A DNA stretch of 64,000 nucleotides from Octopus vulgaris. Taxonomy: Eukaryota. Shown piece by piece: positions 52,257 through 64,000 of the stretch. Below the pieces are notes generated by a model. The model was given only the letters and a program-made list of their open reading frames with translations. It searched no databases and was not told where the DNA came from. The stretch lies in assembly GCA_951406725.2 (NCBI GenBank), contig OX597828.1:64418001-64482000 (forward strand), read 5' to 3'. The position numbers were made by a program, and so were the translations under genes. Numbering within the stretch: position 1 is the first letter of the stretch; every line of letters begins with the position of its first letter.

Positions 52257-53263
52257 TTTCATTTATTTGCCGCAAGGACGAAGGATGAGGGTGGCGATAC
52301 AAAGACAGACACAAAGAGTTGGGTTTATATATAATGAAATGATAAAAAAAAAGGAATGAAAGAAATTAAGTATACACGATATACACCGAAACAGAAGGGA
52401 TAAATGCATAACATACAAAGGTAAAAAAAAAGTGGCTGGGGGTATGATAGGGATTTGTGGCCCTCTTGATGCAGGAAGGCCTCTAGGGATAATCGATGAA
52501 CCCCACTGTCCGAGATTTCTTTGAAACCCCAGGAGAAAGTGCTCTCTTAAATTACTTCTCTCTGACTCACAAGTCTACACTTAGAGTGGTACCATCCACT
52601 CTTGCCATTTTCGCATCTTTCACTCATCTATCAATAAACTCCCTCGAGGACAGCACTTCCCTCTTCACTCTCAATTTCCTTCTCAAGTGAAACTTGAAGA
52701 AGTCAATGAGAGCCCTACCAAAGAGGAATGTATTTGTCCTCATGCCTTTCAGCCTTGTCCACCAGGCAACCTCTTTCGCCACAGCCACCAGACAAAGGAA
52801 ACACTGCCTTGCCTGTCTGATTGAAAGAGGGCGGCGGTGGAATCATCACTACAGACTCGGTCGACAGCCAGCTCCGTCCCACACGTGACAGCAGCTGTTC
52901 AACGTAACCGCACAAATCAGCAAAGCCCGGACATTGGACGAGGGCGTGCAGAACGATTTCATCACACTGCTCGCACCTCGGACAAGTCCGTCTGACAGCA
53001 CATCCGTACCTGTATATTTTATCTCGAACCGGTAGCGCCCCCCGGTAGCACTGCCAGGCGAAAGACATCTGGAAATTATCCCTGATAGTTCCCGACCGGA
53101 AAGCCCTCCGGAACAGACTAGCTAGTTCGTTCTTGTCGGAGCCCAGAACCACTCCTAGTACGTCCTTCCCCGCCGATAAACCTTTATAATTTTCTAAAGC
53201 GGAACGGAACAGCCACCGATCCTTTTGCCCAACTGGTAGAGGGTTGTGAGCGCCTGACCAAAT
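52257..53263 (-). mobile_element. Tx1/L1-type LINE 3' fragment, diverged subfamily, inserted in (TAA)n
   Basis: ORF 52715-53515 includes DNFQMSFAWQCYRGALPVRDK...CPRCEQCDEIVLHALVQC, homologous to the copies at 41248 and 42181; TAA repeats on both sides. Confidence 0.8.
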
Positions 53264-53301
<38 letters not shown>

Positions 53302-53330
53302 TAACAATAACAATAACAATAACGATAATG

Positions 53331-53403
<73 letters not shown>

Positions 53404-53659
53404 CAACAACAACAACAACAGCAACAACAACAGCTATAATAATAATAATGGTTTCTAATTTAGTTACAAGGATGTGATACTGAGGGTAGGGCTTAGTCAG
53501 ATCGATCCGCTCCAATATTTAACTGATGCTTTATTTTATTGACCCAGAAGCGACGAGAAGCAAAGGTAATATCGATAGGCTTCAGATGCAGAACGTAAAG
53601 GTGCAGTAATGATAAACAATAATAATAATAATAATAACAATAATAATAATAATAATAAT

Positions 53660-53880
53660 ATGAGCAGGATGGGCTACTCGACCTGAAGAAAATTCTAACT
53701 GGGCCCCACCTGCAAGGTCATGTGCTGTTTATCTTGATATGAGATCACCATGTCGCGCACATATGGTTGTGATGCATGTGCCTGGTGTACCTTTATCAGA
53801 AAGGTAGTCATGATGGGTATGCTGGGCTTCGTATATTTTACCCCAGTGTCACTTTGATGGCATGCACTGCTCTCTCACTC
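53660..53880 (+). mobile_element. Probable non-LTR element 3' UTR fragment inserted in (TAA)n
   Basis: 220-bp unique island between (AAT)n tracts ending ...ctctcactc(aat)n. Confidence 0.4.
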
Positions 53881-53958
<78 letters not shown>

Positions 53959-54683
53959 TGCAGCACAAGACCAAAGCCTCCCCACCAGAAATTACCAAAA
54001 ACATATAATGAAAAGAAATATAACAAATAACTGAAGAATATGTGGAGATGGACAAGAAACAATAAATCATATTATCTCTGGCTGTCCAGTCCTGCCTAAG
54101 AAGGAATATATTCACAGCCATGACAGAGTTGGGACCTTCATACACTGAAAGCTATGCCAACATTATGGAATAACAACAGAAAGAAGATGGTATAGACACA
54201 CCCCAGAAAACGAGAAAGCAACCATACTCTGGGATATGCCAATACACATAGATAGAGAAATTAAGGCCAACAGACCAGATATAGTTGTCAGAGATCATGA
54301 AGAAAAAAATGCTTTCTAATTGATGTATCAATACCAGATGACAACGTGTCTCTAAAAGAAATGGAGAAACTTTCAAAATACAAAGACCTGGAAATGGAGG
54401 TAACTCGAATGTGGAATCTAAAAACAGAAACAATTCCTATCATAGTAAGTGCATTAGGCATGATAAAAAAATATTCAGACAAATACATAACAAAAACACC
54501 AGGACTTACAAACACATATAACATACAGAAAATTGCACTACCGGGCACTGCCCACGTCCTACGCAAAACACTTTCAATACAGTAACCATCAGAGCATCAC
54601 AACAAAACACAGCACATACCCAAGGCACACAGAGCTGCGCTCGGTAGTGAAGTGAAAGCACGGTATAAAAATAAAACTACTGA

Positions 54684-54687
<4 letters not shown>
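53959..54687 (+). mobile_element. R4/Dong-clade non-LTR retrotransposon 3' fragment (restriction-like endonuclease) in (TAA)n
   Basis: Frames read ICGDGQETINHIISGC, SHDRV, ILWDMPIHIDREIKANRPDIVV, LIDVSIP, KLSKYKDL...IPIIVSALG...LRKTL; AAT repeats on both sides, the known Dong target type. Confidence 0.85.
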
Positions 54688-54743
<56 letters not shown>

Positions 54744-54898
54744 GTAACAGCAAGAACAACAACAATAAAATAATAAATACTACAAACCATTTCGTCTTCA
54801 GCTGAAGCATTTTTGTCTTGATGATGATGCTGCTGACGATGATGTTGATGACGACGACGACGACGACGACGACGAAGACGAGTAACAACTGTACCACC

Positions 54899-54973
<75 letters not shown>

Positions 54974-55374
54974 GGGGAGGCGCTACGTGGTCGCAAACAT
55001 CAAAATAATGATAATTTCAATAAAACCCAGTGAGTGAAGCACGAAGGGGCCGGCTATAAAAAAGAAAAGGGGCCAGAAAATGGACCCTCATGAGGGAGCG
55101 GGATTTTATACACTTGTTTACAAAGCAGTCATTTGTGGTGCAAAAACCGCACCCATGCACACATAAACACCCCCATGTATGTGCGGGTGTGTGTGAATGT
55201 GTGTGTGCGTGTGTATACACACATACATATATAAATAGTAAATGTACGGTCACAGACACACACACACACACACATATACATATACGTATATGTACATATA
55301 CACACTCACGTAGTGTATGTACGCATATATATGTGTATTTGCGTATACGTATCTATCCATCTATCCATCTATCC

Positions 55375-55422
<48 letters not shown>

Positions 55423-55447
55423 GTCTGTCTGTCTATCTAAGTGTCCG

Positions 55448-55502
<55 letters not shown>

Positions 55503-55523
55503 GTCTGTCTATCTAAGTGTCTG

Positions 55524-55636
<113 letters not shown>

Positions 55637-55992
55637 ACATTCAAAGAAATACATAAGCACATGTCTACCGAGTCACGCTGTCACACAGTTACAACTACGA
55701 TACCGCAACAGCTGCATGGCACACACCCGTGTCGAATTTTTATGATTTTTTATCCTCACCAGCATCACCACAAGTTTCCTCCTCCTCATCCTTCTCATCC
55801 TCATCTTCACTACCACCATTATCATCGTCATCGAATAAACCCTGCCTTAAGACTTTAACTTTTAATGCAGGTTTGGGTGACGGTGGCCAGGGCGCTGTGA
55901 CTGCATGCCTTGGTCATTTTAAGCTAACATAGACCAGGTTTTTTCCGAGTGCGGCCACAGCCCATTTCTTTTAGAGAGAAATGAACAGAAAT

Positions 55993-56091
<99 letters not shown>

Positions 56092-59000
56092 AATAGGTAG
56101 AAAGACACATAAAAAAAAAGAGTTTGGGAGAAGAATAGGCCCCGTTACTGGATCGGTCTTTTAATTATTAACCATGAAATGCCTAAAAGCAAAACTGAAT
56201 TCAACGGGATTTGAACCTACAGCACAGAGTCAGAACGAATGGCCGAAAGCATTCCATCCAACGCTCTGACAATTCTGCTATGATGAGGATAACATGTACC
56301 GACATTGCCGCCGCCGCCACTTCCAATACAAAAGGCCACTTGAGATTATAGAAATAACAGCCATGTTTTTCAAATCGAACTCAAACTAAGGATAATATTG
56401 TCCTCTACATACTGTATCCGCCAAATCGGCAGGATGGTCACAACTAGAAAGCTTTTGGTGGTAAGTTTGCATCATGGACAATACTACACCATCGCACCAA
56501 TAATAACAGCCGTAAACATTGTGCTCCTACCGTAACTCTTTCCTTGCAACATTGACTTTAATTTGTACAGAGTTTAATGAGCAGTGTGAGAGATCTGTGC
56601 ACTGACCAATTAGTCCTCGCCATCGGTCCCTCTCGTTGACAACGTCATCAGCTTCACCCGACCGAATGTTAGGATAAGGTGGCAGCGTTAATAACTTGTG
56701 AATTGCATGTCTTACACAAAGTCTCGCCAACAAATTCTCGCCAACAAATTTAGGATCGGTTGCTTAATTTTTGTGGTTGTTTTACTCAAAATACGCGGCT
56801 TTACGGCAAACCTTTCTCTGTGAATTTATCACGTTTCATCGAACGTTTGTAATTAGCAAATATTGGAAATGAATTGCATATTTAAACGATACAAAATAAT
56901 AGATTCCTTATACGAAGGAATAGTTCACGATTGCGTGTGAGAATGTTAGTCAACCTGAGCAGCGGTATGATTTAATTGGAGTTATTATAGGTCTGAAGAT
57001 CGAACCTTTTTATTCGACTTCCTGGGTACTCTGGGTTAATTGCATGGAGTTTGAAATCACATCTTACTGTCTTAATAAAGTAAAGACGCATGAAGAAAAT
57101 ATATCCCTAAATATATATCTGGCTGAAGAAAAACAGGAATTGGGCTCACTGTTTGTCATAGGTGAACTCGATAGGAAATAACCTGGGGCGAAACTGCAAC
57201 AAGGTGCCCTCAAATTCACGACATCAGTATCTCAAGTGTCCATGTGCTGTACCTGGATATGAGATACATAGATATGGCATAGAGACGCGGTACTTCGTAC
57301 AAGTGCGTTATAGGGGTGGGGTACCCAGGCTTGGTATAAAGGTATGATTGTCTGAGTGTGGTACCTGGGTGTTTTATGCATGTGGTCTAAATGCGTTTGG
57401 TGCAGGTGTGTTAGTACAGGTGTTATATACACCTTGTAGTTGAAACGGTGTTATGAGGTATGATATACGGGTGCTACAAAGGTGTCATAATAAACTGTAA
57501 TATAGATTGTAATACAAGATGTTAAATCCAACGGCTTTACAGATGTCTGACTGTTTGTCTGTCTCTCAGTCTGCCTGCCTGCCCGTCTGTCTGTCTGCTG
57601 GTCTGTCTGTCATCATGTTTGTTTTTCTGTTGTTTAAAAATTTCCTTATTATACACACCAGCATCTCTTGTACTATCACTATGTTATATACCCGTTTATA
57701 ATATACCCTCACTACATTATACACTCACTTCTCTACTAACATGGCCATCACTTTTACCGTCACAACTATCACCGCCGCCATCACCAACACCCCCACTATA
57801 CCACCACCAACACAACTACTATTATCACAACCAAAACTGCTTTCCCCACTCACCACCACCACTACCACCACCACCACCACTACTAATACTACGACTACCA
57901 CCAGCATCAACAACAACAATAGCCACACCACTATCACTATCAGCACCACCACCACTAGTACCTCCCCACCCCCTGTTTTGGCAACACTCTACCACCATCT
58001 CCACAAACATCACCATCACTACCAACACCAACACCAACACTGCTGCAACTACGGCTACCATTACCAGCAGCAGCAGCAGCACCACCACCACCACCACCAC
58101 TACCACCCTTATATATAACCCCATCAGCTCCACCACCGCAACTATCACCCACCCACCACTGTTCCGCCATCAAATTTATTACAACACAGATTGTTTTTAC
58201 GACATTGCCCCATGCTGTTCAGAACAGACATATTGTTTGGTCCTCAGGTTAATGTCACCGCAGTCTCCCCGAAAACCTAACCTGACTCTCCCTCAACTCT
58301 CTCCAAATTTTCCTCCCCACCTAAACGACCCCTAAAACTCTCCCTAAATTCTCACCAAACTCCCTATTCTAATCTCTCAATCGATGTAAACAGTTCATAA
58401 ACTATTTTGAAACACCTAAACACCTCCCCACCACCCTTGTAAATTGTAGAACCGCAAAAAACAAAAGAGATGTGACACGCACCACAATACACCGCACAAT
58501 AGCCAGCCTATACAACACACACACATAAATGTACAACAAGCTATAGAATGGTTTCAAGTTTTAGCACAGGGCCAGCAATTTTAGGAGAGGGTGTAATTCG
58601 ATTATACCGACCTCATTTCACAGCTGGTACTTATTTCATTCACCCTGACAGGAAGAAAGACAAAGTCATCCACACTAGGATTTGAACTCAGAACGCAAAG
58701 ACGGATGAAACGCAGTTAAGTATTTTGTCCAATGCTTTAACGATTCTGCCAGTCATGTTAGTTGTGTGATCTGGGAATGTCAGCTCAGACTGTTTGGCCA
58801 AGTTGCTAGATTTTTCGAGTTCGACTCTTCTTACAGTGTTCTCTTCACTAAGGATCCAGCTGTTGGTCGATCTTAAACCACGTGGTCACAACAGATGATG
58901 AGGTACCTTGCGGGAATAGAAACGGACTGGGACTCTGCTCAACGGGTTGTCTAAGGGGACCTGGGAGTATACCAACTCGCTACAACGACGCATGCTCCAA

Positions 59001-59244
59001 CATCTGACCCTTGCCTCACATGTTCATAAATATACACGCAACTCACCACACAATGGCTATTATATACTCAACTCAATATGTTATATACACACGCAACATT
59101 ATATATCGTATTATCTATTTCGTGCATGCAGTACATCTTCTCCTCTCAGAAATACGCACAGAGACACACTCAATGGTTAATCTCTGCATAAACATACCCA
59201 CAACATGTACTCCGTTTGAACTGTTTTAAACTACACCAAATATA

Positions 59245-59475
59245 TATTTCTTTACTACCCACAAGGGGCTAAACATAGAGGGGACAAACAAGGACAGACA
59301 AAGGGATTAAGTCGATTATATCGACCCCAGTGCGTAACTGGTACTTTATTTATCGACCCCGAAAGGATGAAAGGCAAAGTCAACCTCGGCGGAATTTGAA
59401 CTCGGAACGTAACGACAGACGAAAAACGGCTGCCCATTTCGCCCGGCGTGCTAACGTTTCTGCCAGCTCGCCGCC
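59245..59475 (-). mobile_element. SINE family B, full length, ~9-bp TSD
   Basis: Near identical to 3664-3897; ccaaatata at 59236-59244 and 59474-59482. Confidence 0.88.
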
Positions 59476-60698
59476 AAATATAGACACCCACAACACACTA
59501 GTTATGCTGTAGTACACGCACTTACAATCGCAACAGCACGCGCACACACACACACACACACACACTCACTCACATGAAAACACATATTCGCTCGCTCACA
59601 TACACTCCCCCACACACATATACACACATATGTGTGAATGGACCTTGGAGGAACGGACCGTGGAGGAATGAAAAGTTCATCTCGGCAGCCCGCACAACAA
59701 TGACAAACAGATGCAGCATGCAAATACGATTCCAGATTCCTAAAAGACAATGCTGCACATCGGATGTGCAGCTGGTGGTGCAGTAGAAACTGGCATGGAT
59801 ATACGATGATGACGAGTAGGCGGAAGGGGAGGAGGAGGAGGAGCAGGAGGAGGAGGAGCAGGAGGAGGAAGAAGAAAATGCGACGACAAAAACGATGACG
59901 ATGATCATGATCACGAAGATGACGACGACAAGGAAGATGATAATTATGGTGAAGATGATGATGATGATGATGATGATGATAATGAGGAGGAGGAGGAGGA
60001 GGAGGATGCTGATGATAACAACGACGATGATGACCAACACCGTCATCATCATCGTCATCATCATCATTGCCATCATCATAGATGATGGGAATGATGATGG
60101 GGTTGGTGCTGCTGGCAGTAATGATGATGTTGATGATGACTACGACAACTACGGCCACATCAGGATAACATTCGCCTTCCCTTTTCACTGTTTTGTGTGG
60201 AGAAATGCAGGTGGCGCTGCAGACATAGGTGCATTTATTGTACGCCTGCATGTATTTTGCCCACCATGTGAGTGCACTCGATGCACTGTGCGAGCAGCAG
60301 TGCATGCACACCCACAGCGCATTAGGCAGCATCTGAGAGATATAAGTTGTTTCTAAACATACAGCATGGCCGCAGTCAAATTACCGAAACAAATGAATAT
60401 AAGCAGGTTAAGGAGAGGGTCGACACTTCTGAGAGAGCACATATTCTGCATGTTTATAAAAAATATTATTTATGTAGTTATATATAGATATATATATATG
60501 TGTGTGTGTGTGTGTATATGTATGTATATATTATGCCATAAATATTTCTTCATATAATCCCATTCGAAATCAAAGTGGGAAGGCAGCGTGCATACACATA
60601 TACAGATGAATATATAGAATTAAATTAAAAGTCACGAACGGATAAGATGACAATGATTTTAAAAAAAGTCCTTGAATGAATCAATTAAAACGAAAACC

Positions 60699-60821
60699 AT
60701 CTTACAGCCGTTTCAGGGAGAAGATACATCTTTTCAGCTTCGGTAATCACATGTTCTTCATCAGAATGTGCGAAGGGGTAGATACATCTTTTCAGTTAAT
60801 CACGTTTCTTTCATCAGAGAT
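60699..60821 (-). ncRNA. Hammerhead ribozyme motif with duplicated 5' half
   Basis: Minus strand: aucu CUGAUGA aag... then a second CUGAUGA aga... ccu GAAAC ggcu GUA agau. Confidence 0.55.
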
Positions 60822-61280
60822 TCGTAGTTGTAAATGCGTTTCAAATTTTTAAAAGGTTTCGAATTTTAAAGAGTAACGTAAAAATTGTAAATAAGTGTAA
60901 AAATTTCAAAAATCCGGATTGCCTAAGGATAAGATAAATGTTCATATCGCATGACTACTATAAACAGAAGAAATTGTATATTTATAGCTGAGCTAAGTCA
61001 TATACATGAATAACATCCAGGGTGAGTCAAGAACTAGATAGGGAAACCTAATCGTCTTATCTATTTTTTTTATTAAACTGAAAATATTTAAAAGTTGAAA
61101 GAAGCTTGTGTCGACAACCTCAAGTAATAATTTCTTGTCAGTTCATAATATATTGATAGCTTCCTTTAAACATAATTTACAGACTTTGTGTGAGTATTGT
61201 ATGGAGTATACTCACCTATAATTGAACGTTTTAGGGAGAATGTTTTATTTCAAAAATTTGAAACGCTTTTATAACTATGA

Positions 61281-61350
61281 ATCTCTGATGAAGGAAATGT
61301 GATTACCGAAGCTGAAAAGATGTATCTTCTCCCTGAAACGGCTGTAAGAT
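61281..61350 (+). ncRNA. Type I hammerhead ribozyme motif
   Basis: aucu CUGAUGA agg [37 nt] ccu GAAAC ggcu GUA agau; stem I aucu/agau, stem II base agg/ccu. Confidence 0.75.
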
Positions 61351-61774
61351 GATTTTCGTTTTATTTTATTCATTCGAGGACTTTTTTTAAAATCACTTTC
61401 ATCTTATCTGTTTTAATTTAATTGTATATATTCATCTGTATTTGTGTATGCACGCTATCTTCCAACCTTGGTTTCGAATGGGATTATATGAAGAAATATT
61501 TATGGTATATTATATATATATAGGAAAAGACCAGAAAGAAGAGAAGACACGAAGGACAAAAAGCCATCGAAGAGGTCACAGGTGTGTGACGAAAGAACTT
61601 TGACAAATAAACTAACAACGAAAATAATGAAGCCATTGTGAAGATCAAATAAATTGAGAGTGTGTTTGTTGGCCATATGACCGTTCCCAAATATAACAAT
61701 ATCTGTTTCAACACATAATCTCACATCGAGGATCTTGCAAAACAGAGAAATAAACGTATATATTCTTTTATGCT

Positions 61775-61954
61775 TTTATTTTTTTCAGTCATTTGACTGT
61801 GGCCATGCTGGGCTTTAATCGAACAAATTGATCCTAGGACTTATTCTTTGTAAGCTTAGTACTTATTCTATCGATCTCTTTGTCCGAATCGCTAAGTTAA
61901 ATCGCGTAAAAGCACCAGCATCCGTTTTTAAGCCATACTGGGGAGACAAACACA

Positions 61955-62003
<49 letters not shown>

Positions 62004-62112
62004 CGACTTTCTTTCAGTTTCCGTTTCCCAAATCCACTCACAAGGCTTTGGTCAGCCCCGGGCTATAGTAGAAGACACTTGCCAAAACAAGCTACTTACC
62101 ACACAGCCAATC
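61775..62112 (-). mobile_element. SINE family A, partly deleted
   Basis: tcagtcatttgactgtggccatgctg...aaatccactcacaaggctttggtc...ctatagtagaagacacttgcc. Confidence 0.75.
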
Positions 62113-62180
62113 TTGGGTCTATATATATACATATATGTATGTATATAAAAAGATTTTAAGGAGAATTTCTTTATATATAT

Positions 62181-62885
62181 ATATTCTGCTATAGATCAAT
62201 GCGTATCAGTCTTCAGAATATACTAATGTATCAGTCGTTAAAATATTAAAATATATTCAAAATTCATGGATACACAAATATATGAAAATCTATTATACAT
62301 ATATAAATAGATAAGTGTATAATGGGTTAGAAGGGCATTGTAAAAATTGTTAAGAATAAGCGTATGCCCTTACAAAAAGGTGAATAAAGTAAAGTCTTCT
62401 GAAGAGCGAATGAAAGAACATCGTAGCGTTGAGGTTGGAATATTTAGATATGTAAATAATCCGAGGAAATAAGTATCACGAAATGTGAAATCCTGAATAA
62501 TATACTCTCTGATGAAGGAGGCAGTATCCAATTTTCGGAATGAAAACACCCTTAAAAGCTATGAAACAGCCGTAAGAGGATTACCACCAACAGTTTATCT
62601 TAACAACATTATTTATTCTCTCGATTATTTAAATATGTTTTTTGAAAATATTCCAACCTCAATGCTACGATGTTCTTTTATTCGCTCTTCGGAAGACTTT
62701 ATTCACCTTTTTGTAAGGCATACACTTATTCTTAATAATCTATACAACGGCCATTTTACACTCACCTGTTTATATATGTATATTAGATTTTTATATATTT
62801 ATGCTTTTAATGTGCTTTAATATTTTAACAACTGATACATTGGTATGTTTTAAAGACTGACGTTCATTGATCTCTGGCAGAATAT
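62181..62885. repeat. ~700-bp imperfect foldback with a hammerhead core in the loop
   Basis: 62181-62480 pairs with 62610-62885 (e.g. gaagagcgaatgaaagaacatcgtagcgttgaggttggaatattt / aaatattccaacctcaatgctacgatgttcttttattcgctcttc). Confidence 0.85.
62505..62578 (+). ncRNA. Hammerhead ribozyme motif, stem II degenerate
   Basis: cucu CUGAUGA [47 nt] GAAAC agcc GUA agag; stem I cucu/agag perfect, stem II base does not pair cleanly. Confidence 0.55.
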
Positions 62886-63009
62886 AATTAAATTGTTGAA
62901 CCTATCAGAAATTGTCCATAACACTTTTTTTTATACGTTTGTGTCTCGGGTCTTTTATCTGAGCAATTCTGACTACTGCCTGTACAATAGATAAAGGAAC
63001 CTTACTATA

Positions 63010-63074
<65 letters not shown>

Positions 63075-63107
63075 CTATATAAATACATACATACATATAT
63101 ATATATG

Positions 63108-63208
<101 letters not shown>

Positions 63209-63444
63209 ATACATACATACATATATATATGGGCGTAGAGAAAGCGAGTCATCTCTCTGCGACTTGTAATCTATCTCGTTCTCTCAAAATATTATTCATT
63301 ACTTCTTGAAGTCGGTAACTATTGCGAAATAAACGACCAAAACAGCAAACCCACGCCTACTGTGTGTTGGTGACAGGCAAACAAATGTTAATATTATTAT
63401 TTATTTTAACTTACCATCACCAACTTTTTTCTTCTTCAAAATAG

Positions 63445-63499
<55 letters not shown>

Positions 63500-63744
63500 G
63501 TTATCAATTGCATTGTTGTTGTCAGTTTTATCTTCTTGTAAAGCTATACGGTGCAGACTATCCGGCTGGGCAGGCAGGCTTTACAGACAAAACGCGCTGT
63601 TCCACGCCTTCGTCCGTCTCGTCCTGAAGGCGACCCCAAACACAACATCTATTGTTCTAAAACCTGTTATTATAAACTTCAATCTTAAGGTATTTCTCTC
63701 TCTGTCTCTCTTTCTTTCTTTTTCTCGCTCTCTCCCTCTTTCTT

Positions 63745-63787
<43 letters not shown>

Positions 63788-63871
63788 GTTCTATATCTGC
63801 TACTACCGTCGACTACATTCCCTCCTTTTCAAAAAATATATATGCATATGTGGCTTGCTGCGTGCATACAC

Positions 63872-63904
<33 letters not shown>

Positions 63905-64000
63905 TATACATATGTACATTTGTGCACATACACGCGCGCGTATATGAATGTATGAATGAGTATATACATATACATACATAGCAATATATATATATATATG

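Larger units (their letters stand above)
60532..61509. repeat. ~1-kb imperfect foldback (arms ~260-320 bp) with a hammerhead in each arm
   Basis: 60532-60850 pairs with 61253-61509 (e.g. ccataaatatttcttcatataatcccattcgaaa / tttcgaatgggattatatgaagaaatatttatgg). Confidence 0.88.

Noticed and set aside
57619-60356. Pro/Thr/His-rich ORFs of 150-276 aa
   Set aside because: Low-complexity trinucleotide sequence open in several frames on both strands; no recognisable fold
62395-62430. CUGAAGA gcgaau GAAAG as an additional hammerhead
   Set aside because: No stem II, stem I or properly placed cleavage triplet

Overview
AT-rich, microsatellite-saturated animal genomic DNA. The SINE/LINE repertoire and repeat texture suggest an octopus (coleoid cephalopod); this is inferred, not searched. 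The only convincing host gene is a single-exon neurogenin-class bHLH gene on the minus strand (15952-18813). Its 953-aa ORF is inflated by homopolymeric tracts and sits in an otherwise gene-empty landscape with several candidate neural enhancers. The rest is mobile DNA: two tRNA-derived SINE families (one forming tandem arrays), an RTE LINE with a 40-bp target-site duplication, three Tx1/L1-type LINE copies embedded in (GATA)n or (TAA)n, an R4/Dong fragment in (TAA)n, a non-autonomous Helitron, a Tc1/mariner MITE, and mariner and Chapaev3-like relics. The most interesting unannotated signal is a set of short, microsatellite-flanked, mostly foldback elements carrying type I hammerhead ribozyme cores (CUGANGA...GAAAC-NNNN-GUA) with enlarged stem II. 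There are four to five complete cores and several half cores, consistent with Penelope-like/retrozyme termini. One SINE family shares its 3' tail with the Tx1-type LINE. Bases 1-1300 duplicate 13256-14566 next to a 100-N gap, which is probably an assembly artefact.
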